Counted from the first letter of the stretch, positions 1 through 13,800 are shown. The stretch: 64,000 bases of DNA from Eledone cirrhosa (GCA_964016885.1 OZ024741.1:262942001-263006000), one strand, 5' to 3'. Translations and numbers: made by a program. Notes: generated by a model from the sequence alone, not told the origin.

Positions 1-3000
1 ACTTACGGGTGTTTCGGCTTGCGAGTGTTTCGACTTACGAGTGTTTCGGCTTATGAGTGTTTCGACTTACTAATGTTTTTACTTACGAGTGTTCTGACTT
101 ACGAGTGTTCCGACTTACGAGTGTTCCGACTTACGAGTGTTTCGGCTTACGAGTGTTTCCGGCTTATGAGTGTTTCGACTTACGAGTGTTTCGACTTACG
201 AGTGTTTTGACTTACGGTGTTTCGACTTACGAGTGATTCGACTTACGAGTGTTTTGACTTACGGGTGTTTTGACTTACGGGTGTTGTGAATTACGAGTGT
301 TCCGATTTACGAGTGTTTTGACTTTCTGTGTTTCGGCTTACGAGTGATTCGACTTACGAATGTTTTGACTTACGGGTGTTTCGGCTTGCTAGTGTTTCGA
401 CTTACGAGTGTTTCGGCTTATGAGTGTTTCGACTTACTACTCTTTTTACTTACGAGTGTTTCGGCGTACGAGTGTTTTGACTTACGAGTGTTTCGACTTA
501 CGAGTGTTTCGAATTACGAGTGTTTCGGCTTACGTGAGTTTCGACTTAAGAGTGTTCTGATTTACGAGTGTTCTGACTTGCGGGTGTTCTGATTTACGAG
601 TGTTCCGACTTACGAGTGTTTCGGCTTATGAGTGTTTCGACTTACGAGTGTTTCGGCTTACGAGTGTTTCGACTTATGGGTGTTTCGACATACGAATGTT
701 TTGACTTACGGGTGTTTCGACTTACGAGTGTTTTGACTTACGAATGTTTTGACTTACGGGTGTTTCGGCTTACGAGTGTTTCGACTTACGAGTGTTTCGG
801 CTTACGAGTGTTTCGACTTACTAATGTTCTTACTTACGAATGTTTCGGCGTACGAGAGTTTTGACTTACGAGTGTTTCGACTTACGAGTGTTTCGACTTA
901 CGAGTGTTTTGACTTACGAAAGTTTTGACTTACGGGTGTTTCGGCTTACGAGTGTTTCGACTTACGAGTCTTTCGGCTTACGAGTGTTTCGACTTACGAG
1001 TGTTTCGACTTACGGGTGTTTTGACTTACGGGTGTTTCGGCTTACGAGTGTTTCGGCTTATGATTGTTTCGACTTACGAGTGTTTTGACTTACGGTGTTT
1101 CAGCTTACGAGTGTTTCGACTTACGAGTGTTTTGACTTACGGGTGTTTTGACATACGAGTGTTTCGATACGTGTGTTCTGACTTACGAGTGTTTTGACTT
1201 ACGAGTGTTCTGACTTACGAGTGTTCCGACTTACGAGTGTTCCGACTTACGAGTGTTTCGGCTTACGGGTGTTTCCTGCTTAAGAGTGTTTCGACTTACG
1301 AGTGTTTTGACTTACGGTGTTTCGGCTTACGAGTGATTCGACTTACGAGTGTTTTGACTTACGGGTGTTTTGACTTACGGGTGTTGTGAATTACGAGTGT
1401 TCCGATTTACGAGTGTTTCGACTTACGAGTCTTTCGGCTTACGAGTGTTTCGGCGTACGAGTGTTTCGACTTACGAGTGTTTCGACTTACCGGTGTTTTG
1501 ACTTACGGGTGTTTCGGCTTACGAGTGTTTCGGCTTATGATTGATTCGAATTACGAGTGTTTTGACTTACGGTGTTTCAGCTAACGAGTGTTTCGACTTA
1601 CGAGTGTTTTGACTTACGGGTGTTTTGACATACGAGTGTTTCGATACGTGTGTTCTGACTTACGAGTGTTCTGACTTACGAGTGTTTTGACTTACGAGTG
1701 TTCTGACTTACGAGTGTTCCGACTTACGAGTGTTCCGACTTACGAGTGTTTCGGCTTACGAGTGTTTCCGGCTTACGAGTGTTTCGACTTACGAGTGTTT
1801 TGACTTACGGTGTTTCGGCTTACGAGTGTTTCGACTTACTAATGTTTTTACTTACGAGTGTTTCGGCGTACGAGAGTTTTGACTTACGAGTGTTTCGACT
1901 TACGAGTGTTTTGACTTACGAATGTTTTGACTTACGGGTGTTTCGGCTCATGAGTGTTTCGACTTACGAGTCTTTCGGCTTACGAGTGTTTCGACTTACT
2001 AATGTTTTTACTTACGAGTGTTTCGGCGTACGACTGTTTCGACTTACGAGTGTTTCGACTTACGGGTGTTTTGACTTACGGGTGTTTCGGCTTACGAGTG
2101 TTTCGACTTACGAGTGTTTTGACTTACGAGTGTTCTGATTTACGGATATTTCGACATACGAGTGTTTCGACTTACGAGTGTTTCTACTTATGAGTGTTTC
2201 GACTTACGAGTGTTCTGACTTACGAGTGTTCCGACGTACGAGTGTTCCGACTTACGAGTGTTTCGGCTTACGAGTGTTTCCGGCTTACGAGTGTTTCGAC
2301 TTACGAGTGTTTTGACTTACGGTGTTTCGGCTTACGAGTGATTCGACTTACGAGTGTTTTGACTTACGGGTGTTTTGACTTACGGGTGTTGTGAATTACG
2401 AGTGTTTCGGCTTATGAGTGTTTCGACTTACTAATGTTTTTACTTACGAGTGTTCTGACTTACGAGTGTTCTGACTTACGAGTGTTCTGACTTACGAGTG
2501 TTCTGACTTACGAGTGTTCTGATTTACGAGTGTTCCGACTTACGAGTGTTTCGGCTTACGAGTGTTTCGGCTTACGAGTGTTTCGACTTACGAGTGTTTC
2601 GACTTATGAGTGTTTCGACTTACGAGTGTTTCGGCTTACGAGTGTTTCGACTTACGAGTGTTTTGACTCACGGTGTTTCGGCTTACGAGTGATTCGACTT
2701 ACGAGTGTTTTGACTTACGGGTGATTTGACTTACGGGTGTTGTGAATTACGAGTGTTCCGATTTACGAGTGTTTTGACTTACGATGTTTCGGCTTACGAG
2801 TGATTCGACTTACGAATGTTTTGACTTACGGGTGTTTCGGCTTGCGAGTGTTTCGACTTACGAGTGTTTCGGCTTATGGGTGTTTCGACTTACTAATGTT
2901 TTTACTTACGAGTGTTTCGGCGTACGAGTGTTTTGACTTACGAGTGTTTCGACTTACGATTGTTTCGACTTACGAGTGTTTCGGCTTACGTGAGTTTCGA

Positions 3001-3899
3001 CTTAAGAGTGTTCTGATTTACGAGTGTTCTGACTTGCGGGTGTTCTGATTTACGAGTGTTCCGACTTACGAGTGTTTCGGCTTATTAGTGTTTCGACTTA
3101 CGAGTGTTTCGGCTTACGAGTGTTTCGACTTATGGGTGTTTCGACTTACGAGTGTTTTTACTTACGGTGTTTCGGCTTACGAGTGTTTCGACATACGAGT
3201 GTTTTGACTTGCGGGTGTTTCGACTTACGAGTGTTTTGACTTACGAATGTTTTGACTTACGGGTGTTTCGGCTTACGAGTGTTTCGACTTACGAGTGTTT
3301 CGGCTTACGAGTGTTTCGACTTACTAATGTTCTTACTTACGAGTGTTTCGGCGTACGAGAGTTTTGACTTACGAGTGTTTCGACTTACGAGTGTTTCGAC
3401 TTACGAGTGTTTTGACTTACGAATGTTTTGACTTACGGGTGTTTCGGCTTACGAGTGTTTCGACTTACGAGTCTTTCGGCTTACGAGTGTTTCGACTTAC
3501 TAATGTTTTTACTTACGAGTGTTTCGGCGTACGAATGTTTCGACTTACGAGTGTTTCGACTTACGGGTGTTTTGACTTACGGGTGTTTCGGCTTACGAGT
3601 GTTTTGACTTACGAGTGTTTTGACTTAAGGGTGTTTCGACTTACGAGTATTTTTGGCTTACGAGTGTTTCGACTTACGAGTGTTTTGACTTACGAGTGTT
3701 CTGATTTACGGATGTTTCGACATACGAGTGTTTCGACTTACGAGTGTTTCGACTTATGAGTGTTTCGACTTACGAGTGTTTCGGCTTATGAGTGTTTCGA
3801 CTTACGAGTGCTTCGGCTTACGAGTGTTTCGACTTACGAGTATTTCGGCTTAAGAGTGTTTCGACGTACGAATGTTTTGGCTTAAGAGTGTTTCGGCTT

Positions 3900-6800
3900 A
3901 TGAGTGTTTCGAATTACGAGTGTTTCGACTTACGAGTGTTTTGACTTACGAGTGTTTTGACTTACGGTGTTTCTGCTTACGAGTGTTTCGACTTACGAGT
4001 GTTATGGCTTACGGGTGTTTTCACATACGAGTGTTTCGACTTACGAGTGTTTTGACTTACGGGTGTTTTGACATACGAGTGTTTCGATACGAGTGTTCTG
4101 ACTTACGAGTGTTCTGACTTACGAGTGTTCTGACTTACGAGTGTTTCGACATACGAGGGTTTTGACTTACGGGTGTTTCGACTTACGAGTGTTTTCACTT
4201 ACGAATGTTTTGACTTACGGGTGTTTCGGCTTACGAGTGTTTCGACTTACGAGTGTTTCGGCTTACGAGTGTTTCGACTTACTAATATTTTTACTTACGA
4301 GTGTTTCGGCGTACGAGAGTTTTGACTTACGAGTGTTTCGACTTACGAGTGTTTCGACTTACGAGTATTTTGACTTACGAATGTTTCGACTTACGGGTGT
4401 TTCGGCTTACGAGTGTTTCGACTTACGAGTCTTTCGGCTTACGAGTGTTTCGACTTACTAATGTTTTTACTTACGAGTGTTTCGGCGTACGAGTGTTTCG
4501 ACTTCCGAGTGTTTCGACTTACGGGTGTTTTGACTTACGGGTGTTTCGGCTTACGAGTGTTTTGACTTACGAGTGTTTTGACTTAAGGGTGTTTCGACTT
4601 ACGAGTATTTTTGGCTTACGAGTGTTTCGACTTACGAGTGTTTTGACTTACGAGTGTTCTGATTTACGGATGTTTCGACATACGAGTGTTTCGACTTTTC
4701 AGTGTTTCGACTTATGAGTGTTTCGACTTACGAGTGTTTCGACTTACGAGTGTTTCGGCTTATGATTGTTTCGACTTACGAGTGTTTTGACTTACGGTGT
4801 TTCAGCTTACGAGTGTTTCGACTTACGAGTGTTTTGACTTACGGGTGTTTTGACATACGAGTGTTTCGATACGAGTGTTCTGACTTACGAGTGTTGTGAC
4901 TTACGAGTGTTTTGACTTACGAGTGTTCTGACTTACGAGTGTTCCGACTTACGAGTGTTCCGACTTACGAGTGTTTCAGCTTACGGGTGTTTCCTGCTTA
5001 CGAGTGTTTCGACTTACGAGTGTTTTGACTTACGGTGTTTCGGCTTACGAGTGATTCGACTTACGAGTGTTTTGACTTACGGGTGTTTTGACTTACGGGT
5101 GTTGTGAATTACGAGTGTTCCGATTTACGAGTGTTTTGACTTACGGAGTTTCGGCTTACGAGTGATTCGACTTACGAATGTTTTGACTTACGGGTGTTTC
5201 GGCTTGCGAGTGTTTCGACTTACGAGTGTTTCGGCTTATGAGTGTTTCGACTTACTAATGTTTTTACTTACGAGTGTTCTGACTTACGAGTGTTCCGACT
5301 TACGAGTGTTCCGACTTACGAGTGTTTCGGCTTACGAGTGTTTCCGGCTTACGAGTGTTTCGACTTACGAGTGTTTCGATTTACGAGTGTTTTGACTTAC
5401 GGTGTTTCGACTTACGAGTGATTCGACTTACGAGTGTTTTGACTTACGGGTGTTTTGACTTACGGGTGTTGTGAATTACGAGTGTTCCGATTTACGAGTG
5501 TTTTGACTTTCTGTGTTTCGGCTTACGAGTGATTCGACTTACGAATGTTTTGACTTACGGGTGTTTCGGCTTGCTAGTGTTTCGACTTACGAGTGTTTCG
5601 GCTTATGAGTGTTTCGACTTACTACTGTTTTTACTTACGAGTGTTTCGGCGTACGAGTGTTTTGACTTACGAGTGTTTCGACTTACGAGCGTTTCGAATT
5701 ACGAGTGTTTCGGCTTACGTGAGTTTCGACTTAAGAGTGTTCTGATTTACGAGTGTTCTGACTTGCGGGTGTTCTGATTTACGAGTGTTCCGACTTACGA
5801 GTGTTTCGGCTTATGAGTGTTTCGACTTACGAGTGTTTCGGCTTACGAGTGTTTCGACTTATGGGTGTTTCGACATACGAGTGTTTTGACTTACGGGTGT
5901 TTCGACTTACGAGTGTTTTGACTTACGAATGTTTTGACTTACGGGTGTTTCGGCTTACGAGTGTTTCGACTTACGAGTGTTTCGGCTTACGAGTGTTTCG
6001 AGTACTAATGTTCTTACTTACGAGTGTTTCGGCGTACGAGAGTTTTGACTTACGAGTGTTTCGACTTACGAGTGTTTCGACTTACGAGTGTTTTGACTTA
6101 CGAAAGTTTTGACTTACGGGTGTTTCGGCTTACGAGTGTTTCGACTTACGAGTCTTTCGGCTTACGAGTGTTTCGACTTACTAATGTTTTTACTTACGAG
6201 TGTTTCGGCGTACGAGTGTTTCGACTTACGAGTGTTTCGACTTACGGGTGTTTTGACTTACGGGTGTTTCGGCTTACGAGTGTTTTGACTTACGAGTGTT
6301 TTGACTTAAGGGTGTTTCGACTTACGAGTATTTTTGGCTTACGAGTGTTTCGACTTACGAGTGTTTTGACTTACGAGTGTTCTGATTTACGGATGTTTCG
6401 ACATACGAGTGTTTCGACTTACGAGTGTTTCGACTTATGAGTGTTTCGACTTACGAGTGTTTCGGCTTATGAGTGTTTCGACTTACGAGTGCTTCGGCTT
6501 ACGAGTGTTTCGACTTACGAGTATTTCGGCTTAAGAGTGTTTCGACGTACGAATGTTTTGGCTTACGAGTGTTTCGGCTTATGAGTGTTTCGGCTTACGA
6601 GTGTTTCGACTTACGAGTGTTTCGGCTTACGAGTGTTTCAGTGTTTCGGCTTACGTGTGTTTCGACTTACGAGTGTTTCGACTTACGACTGTTTCGGCTT
6701 ACGAGTGTTTCGGCTTACGAGTGTTTCGGCTTACGAGTGTTTTGACTTACGAGTGTTTTGACTTACGATTGTTTGGCTTACGAGTGTTCTGACTTACGGG

Positions 6801-9290
6801 TGTTCTGACTTAGGAGTGTTCCGACTTACGAGTGTTTCGGCTTATGAGGGTTTCGACTTACGAGTGCTTCGGCTTACGAGTGTTTCGACTTACGAGTGTT
6901 TCGGATTACGAGTGTTTCGACTTACGAGTGTTTCGACTTACGAGTGTTTTGACTTACGGTGTTTCGGCTTACGAGTGTTTCGACATACGAGTGTTTTGAC
7001 GTACGAGTGTTTCGACTTACGGGTCTTTCGACTTAAGAGTGTTCCGACTTACGAGCGCTTCGACTTACGAGTGTTTCGACTTACGAGTGTTTCGGCGTAT
7101 GAGTGTTTTGACTTACGAGTGTTTCGACTTACGAGTGTTTCGACTTACGAGTGTTTCGAATTACGAGTGTTTCGACTTACGAGTGTTTTGACTTACGAGT
7201 GTTTTGACTTACGGTGTTTCTGCTTACGAGTGTTTCGACTTACGAGTGTTATGACTTACGGGTGTTTTCACATACGAGTGTTTCGACTTACGAGTGTTTT
7301 GACTTACGGGTGTTTTGACATACGAGTGTTTCGATACGAGTGTTCTGACTTACGAGTGTTCTGACTTACGAGTGTTCTGACTTACGAGTGTTTCGACATA
7401 CGAGGGTTTTGACTTACGGGTGTTTCGACTTACGAGTGTTTTCACTTACGAATGTTTTGACTTACGGGTGTTTCGGCTTACGAGTGTTTCGACTTACGAG
7501 TGTTTCGGCTTACGAGGGTTTCGACTTACTAATATTTTTACTTACGAGTGTTTCGGCGTACGAGAGTTTTGACTTACGAGTGTTTCGACTTACGAGTGTT
7601 TCGACTTACGAGTATTTTGACTTACGAATGTTTTGACTTACGGGTGTTTCGGCTTACGAGTGTTTCGACTTACGAGTCTTTCGGCTTACGAGTGTTTCGA
7701 CTTACTAATGTTTTTACTTACGTGTGTTTCGGCGTACGAGTGTTTCGACTTCCGAGTGTTTCGACTTACGGGTGTTTTGACTTACGGGTGTTTCGGCTTA
7801 CGAGTGTTTTGACTTACGAGTGTTTTGACTTAAGGGTGTTTCGACTTACGAGTATTTTTGGCTTACGAGTGTTTCGACTTACGAGTGTTTTGACTTACGA
7901 GTGTTCTGATTTACGGATGTTTCGACATACGAGTGTTTCGACTTATGAGTGTTTCGACTTACGAGTGTTTCGACTTACGAGTGTTTCGGCTTATGATTGT
8001 TTCGACTTACGGGTGTTTTGACTTACGGTGTTTCAGCTTACGAGTGTTTCGACTTACGAGTGTTTTGACTTACGGGTGTTTTGACATACGAGTGTTTCGA
8101 TACGAGTGTTCTGACTTACGAGTGTTCTGACTTACGAGTGTTTTGACTTACGAGTGTTCTGACTTACGAGTGTTCCGACTTACGAGTGTTCCGACTTACG
8201 AGTGTTTCGGCTTACGGGTGTTTCCTGCTTACGAGTGTTTCGACTTACGAGTGTTTTGACTTACGGTGTTTCGGCTTACGAGTGATTCGACTTACGAGTG
8301 TTTTGACTTACGGGTGTTTTGACTTACGGGTGTTGTGAATTACGAGTGTTCCGATTTACGAGTGCTTTGACTTACGGTGTTTCGGCTTACGAGTGATTCG
8401 ACTTACGAATGTTTTGACTTACGGGTGTTTCGGCTTGCGAGTGTTTCGACTTACGAGTGTTTCGGCTTATGAGTGTTTCGACTTACTAATGTTTTTACTT
8501 ACGAGTGTTCTGACTTACGAGTGTTCCGACTTACGAGTGTTCCGACTTACGAGTGTTTCGGCTTACGAGTGTTTCCGGCTTACGAGTGTTTCGACTTACG
8601 AGTGTTTCGACTTACGAGTGTTTTGACTTACAGTGTTTCGACTTACGAGTGATTCGACTTACGAGTGTTTTGACTTACGAAAGTTTTGACTTACGGGTGT
8701 TGTGAATTACGAGTGTTCCGATTTACGAGTATTTTGACTTACGGTGTTTCGGCTTACGAGTGATTCGACTTACGAATGTTTTGACTTAAGGGTGTTTCGG
8801 CTTGCTAGTGTTTCGACTTACGAGTGTTTCGGCTTATGAGTGTTTCGACTTACTACTGTTTTTACTTACGAGTGTTTCGGCGTACGAGTGTTTTGACTTA
8901 CGAGTGTTTCGACTTACGAGTGTTTCGAATTACGAGTGTTTCGGCTTACGTGAGTTTCGACTTAAGAGTGTTCTGATTTACGAGTGTTCTGACTTGCGGG
9001 TGTTCTGATTTACGAGTGTTCCGACTTACGAGTGTTTCGGCTTATGAGTGTTTCGACTTACGAGTGTTTCGGCTTACGAGTGTTTCGACTTATGGGTGTT
9101 TCGACATACGAGTGTTTTGACTTACGGGTGTTTCGACTTACGAGTGTTTTGACTTACGAATGTTTTGACTTACGGGTGTTTCGGCTTACGAGTGTTTCGA
9201 CTTACGAGTGTTTCGGCTTACGAGTGTTTCGACTTACTAATGTTCTTACTTACGAGTGTTTCGGCGTACGAGAGTTTTGACTTACGAGTG
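3900..9290 (+). repeat. Older ~3.23-3.25-kb duplication
   Basis: Offsets 4141/7388 (+3247), and 4702/7933, 5162/8393, 5801/9032 (+3231), with scattered substitutions between copies. Confidence 0.75.
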
Positions 9291-10771
9291 TTTCGACTTA
9301 CGAGTGTTTTGACTTACGAGTGTTTTGACTTACGAAAGTTTTGACTTACGGGTGTTTCGGCTTACGAGTGTTTCGACTTACGAGTCTTTCGGCTTACGAG
9401 TGTTTCGGCGTACGAGTGTTTCGACTTACGAGTGTTTCGACTTACGGGTGTTTTGACTTACGGGTGTTTCGGCTTACGAGTGTTTCGGCTTATGATTGTT
9501 TCGACTTACGAGTGTTCTGATTTACGAGTGTTCTGACTTGCGAGTGTTTTGACTTACGGGTGTTTTGACATACGAGTGTTTCGATACGTGTGTTCTGACT
9601 TACGAGTGTTCTGACTTACGAGTGTTTTGACTTACGAGTGTTCTGACTTACGAGTGTTCCGACTTACGAGTGTTCCGACTTACGAGTGTTTCGGCTTACG
9701 AGTGTTTCCGGCTTACGAGTGTTTCGACTTACGAGTGTTTTGACTTACGGTGTTTCGGCTTACGAGTGTTTCGACTTACTAATGTTTTTACTTACGAGTG
9801 TTTCGGCGTACGAGAGTTTTGACTTACGAGTGTTTCGACTTACGAGTGTTTTGACTTACGAATGTTTTGACTTACGGGTGTTTCGGCTCATGAGTGTTTC
9901 GACTTACGAGTCTTTCGGCTTACGAGTGTTTCGACTTACTAATGTTTTTACTTACGAGTGTTTCGGCGTACGACTGTTTCGACTTACGAGTGTTTCGACT
10001 TACGGGTGTTTTGACTTACGGGTGTTTCGGCTTACGAGTGTTTCGACTTACGAGTGTTTTGACTTACGAGTGTTCTGATTTATGGATGTTTCGACATACG
10101 AGTGTTTCGACTTACGAGTGTTTCGACTTATGAGTGTTTCGACTTACGAGTGTTCTGACTTACGAGTGTTCCGACTTACGAGTGTTCCGACTTACGAGTG
10201 TTTCGGCTTACGAGTGTTTCCGGCTTACGAGTGTTTCGACTTACGAGTGTTTTGACTTACGGTGTTTCGGCTTACGAGTGATTCGACTTACGAGTGTTTT
10301 GACTTACGGGTGTTTTGACTTACGGGTGTTGTGAATTACGAGTGTTTCGGCTTATGAGTGTTTCGACTTACTAATGTTTTTACTTACGAGTGTTCTGACT
10401 TACGAGTGTTCTGACTTACGAGTGTTCTGACTTACGAGTGTTCTGATTTACGAGTGTTCCGACTTACGAGTGTTTCGGCTTACGAGTGTTTCGGCTTACG
10501 AGTGTTTCGACTTACGAGTGTTTCGACTTACGAGTGTTCCGACTTACGGGTGTTTCGACTTACGAGTTGTTTGGCTTACGGTGTTTCGGCTTACGAGTGT
10601 TTCGAGTTACGAGTGTTTTGACTTACGCGTGTTTTGACATACGAGTGTTTCGATACGAGTGTTCTGACTTACGAGTGTTCTGACTTACGAGTGTTCTGAC
10701 TTACGAGTGTTCCGACTTTACGAGTGTTTCGGCTCACGAGTGTTTCAGCTTACGAGTGTTTCGACTTACGA

Positions 10772-10840
10772 AAATAACAAATAGACGCGGTTTCAAATCT
10801 CTATGATTTTCAAATTCATTACATTAATCTTTATTTATAC
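10772..10840. repeat. 69-bp AT-rich interspersed element, copy 1, haplotype A
   Basis: AAATAACAAATAGACGCGGTTTCAAATCTCTATGATTTTCAAATTCATTACATTAATCTTTATTTATAC interrupts a monomer after GACTTACGA; the array resumes at GTTTCGCTTTACG. Confidence 0.95.
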
Positions 10841-13800
10841 GTTTCGCTTTACGGGTGTTTCGACTTACGAGTGTTTCGACATACGAGTGTTTCGACTTCC
10901 GAATGTTTTTGCTTACGGGTGTTTCGACTTACGAATGTTTCGGCTTACGAGTGTTTCGGCTTACGAGTCTTCCGACTTAGGAGTGTTTCGGCTTACGAGT
11001 GTTTCCGGCTTACGAGTGTTTCGACTTACGAGTGTTTCGACTTTCGAGTGTTTTGACTTACGGTGTTTCGGCTTACGAGTGATTCGACTTACGAGTGTTT
11101 TGACTTACGTGTGTTTTGACTTACGGGTGTTGTGAATTACCAGTGTTCCGATTTACGAGTGTTTTGACTTACGGTGTTTCGGCTTGCGAGTGTTTCGACT
11201 TACGAGTGTTTCGGCTTATGAGTGTTTCGACTTACTAATGTTTTTACTTACGAGTGTTTCGGCGTTCGAGTGTTTTGACTTACGAGTGTTTCGACTTACG
11301 AGTGTTTTGACTTACGAATGTTTTGACCTACGGGTGTTTCGGCTTACGGGTGTTTCGACTTACGAGTGTTTCGACTTATGAGTGTTTCGACTTACGAGTG
11401 TTCTGACTTACGAGTGTTCTGACTTACGAGTGTTCCGACTTACGAGTGTTTCGGTTTACGAGTGTTTCGACATACGAGTGTTTTGACTTACGGGTGTTTC
11501 GACTTACGGGTGTTTCGACTTACGAGTGTTTTGGCTTACGAGTGTTTCGACTTACTAATGTTTTTACTTACGAGTGTTTCGGTGTACGAATGTTTTGACT
11601 TAAGGATGTTTCGACTTACGAGTGTTTCGACTTACGAGTGTTTCGGCTTACGTGAGTTTCGACTTAAGAGTGTTCTGATTTACGAGTGTTCTGACTTGCG
11701 GGTGTTCTGATTTACGAGTGTTCCGACTTACGAGTGTTTCGGCTTATGAGTGTTTCGACTTACGAGTGTTTCGGCTTACGAGTGTTTCGACTTATGGGTG
11801 TTTCGACTTATGAGTGTTTTTACTTACGGTGTTTCGGCTTACGAGTGTTTCGACATACGAGTGTTTTGACTTACGGGTGTTTTGACTTACGAGTGTTTCG
11901 ACTTACGAGTGTTTTGACTTACGAATGTTTTGACTTACGGGTGTTTCGGCTTATGAGTGTTTCGACTTACGAGTCTTTCGGCTTACGAGTGTTTCGACTT
12001 ACTAATGTTTTTACTTACGAGTGTTTCGGCGTACGACTGTTTCGACTTACGGGTGTTTTGACTTACGGGTGTCTCGGCTTACGAGTGTTTCGACTTACGA
12101 GTGTTTCGACTTACGACTATTTTTGGCTTACGAGTGTTTCGACTTACGAGTGTTTTGACTTACGAGTGTTCTGATTTACGGATGTTTCGAAATACGAGTG
12201 TTTCGACTTACGAGTGTTTCGACTTATGAGTGTTTCGACTTACGAGTGTTTCGGCTTACGAGTGTTTCGACTTACGAGTGTTTTGACTCACGGTGTTTCG
12301 GCTTACGAGTGATTCGACTTACGAGTGTTTTGACTTACGGGTGATTTGACTTACGGGTGTTGTGAATTACGAGTGTTCCGATTTACGAGTGTTTTGACTT
12401 ACGATGTTTCGGCTTACGAGTGATTCGACTTACGAGTGTTTCGGCTTATGGGTGTTTCGACTTACTAATGTTTTTACTTACGAGTGTTTCGGCGTACGAG
12501 TGTTTTGACTTACGAGTGTTTCGACTTACGATTGTTTCGACTTACGAGTGTTTCGGCTTACGTGAGTTTCGAATTAAGAGTGTTCTGATTTACGAGTGTT
12601 CTGACTTGCGGGTGTTCTGATTTACGAGTGTTCCGACTTACGAGTGTTTCGGCTTATTAGTGTTTCGACTTACGAGTGTTTCGGCTTACGAGTGTTTCGA
12701 CTTATGGGTGTTTCGACTTACGAGTGTTTTTACTTACGGTGTTTCGGCTTACGAGTGTTTCGACATACGAGTGTTTTGACTTGCGGGTGTTTCGACTTAC
12801 GAGTGTTTTGACTTACGAATGTTTTGACTTACGGGTGTTTCGGCTTACGAGTGTTTCGACTTACGAGTGTTTCGGCTTACGAGTGTTTCGACTTACTAAT
12901 GTTCTTACTTACGAGTGTTTCGACTTACGGGTGTTTTGACTTACGGGTGTTTTGACTTACGGGTGTTTCGGTTTACGAGTGTTTCGACTTACGAGTCTTT
13001 CGACTTCCGAGTGTTTCGACTTACGGGTGTTTTGACTTACGGCTGTTTCGGCTTACGAGTGTTTTAACTTACGAGTGTTTTGACTTAAGGGTGTTTCGAC
13101 TTACGAGTATTTTTGGCTTACGAGTGTTTCGACTTACGAGTGTTTTGACTTACGAGTGTTCTGATTTACGGATGTTTCGACATACGAGTGTTTCGACTTA
13201 CGAGTGTTTCGACTTATGAGTGTTTCGACTTACGAGTGTTTCGACTTACGAGTGTTTCGGCTTATGATTGTTTCGACTTACGAGTGTTTTGACTTACGGT
13301 GTTTCAGCTTACGAGTGTTTCGACATACGAGTGTTTTGACTTACGGGTGTTTTGACATACGAGTGTTTCGATACGAGTGTTCTGACTTACGAGTGTTCTG
13401 ACTTACGAGTGTTTTGACTTACGAGTGTTCTGACTTACGAGTGTTCCGACTTACGAGTTTTCCGACTTACGAGTGTTTCGGCTTACGAGTGTTTCCGGCT
13501 TACGAGTGTTTCTACTTACGAGTGTTTTGACTTACGGTGTTTCGGCTTACGAGTGATTCGACTTACGAGTGTTTTGACTTACGGGTGTTTTGACTTACGG
13601 GTGTTGTGAATTACGAGTGTTCCGATTTACGAGTGTTTTGACTTACGGTGTTTCGGCTTACGAGTGATTCGACTTACGAATGTCTTGACTTACGGGTGTT
13701 TCGGCTTGCGAGTGTTTCGACTTACGAGTGTTTCGGCTTATGAGTGTTTCGACTTACGAATGTTTTTACTTACGAGTGTTCTGACTTACGAGTGTTCTGA

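Noticed and set aside
10772-10840. AT island as an active MITE/SINE or a tRNA/ncRNA gene
   Set aside because: It has no convincing TIRs, poly-A tail, Pol III boxes or cloverleaf. All copies share one junction and flanking context, so they did not insert independently.
10803-11135. 110-aa ORF starting MIFKFITLIFIYTF, resembling a hydrophobic leader (also at 20789, 24769, 34771, 38751)
   Set aside because: It begins at a chance ATG in the AT island, whose AT-rich codons give I/F/K/Y, and then runs into satellite translation. Haplotype-B copies have an early TAA.
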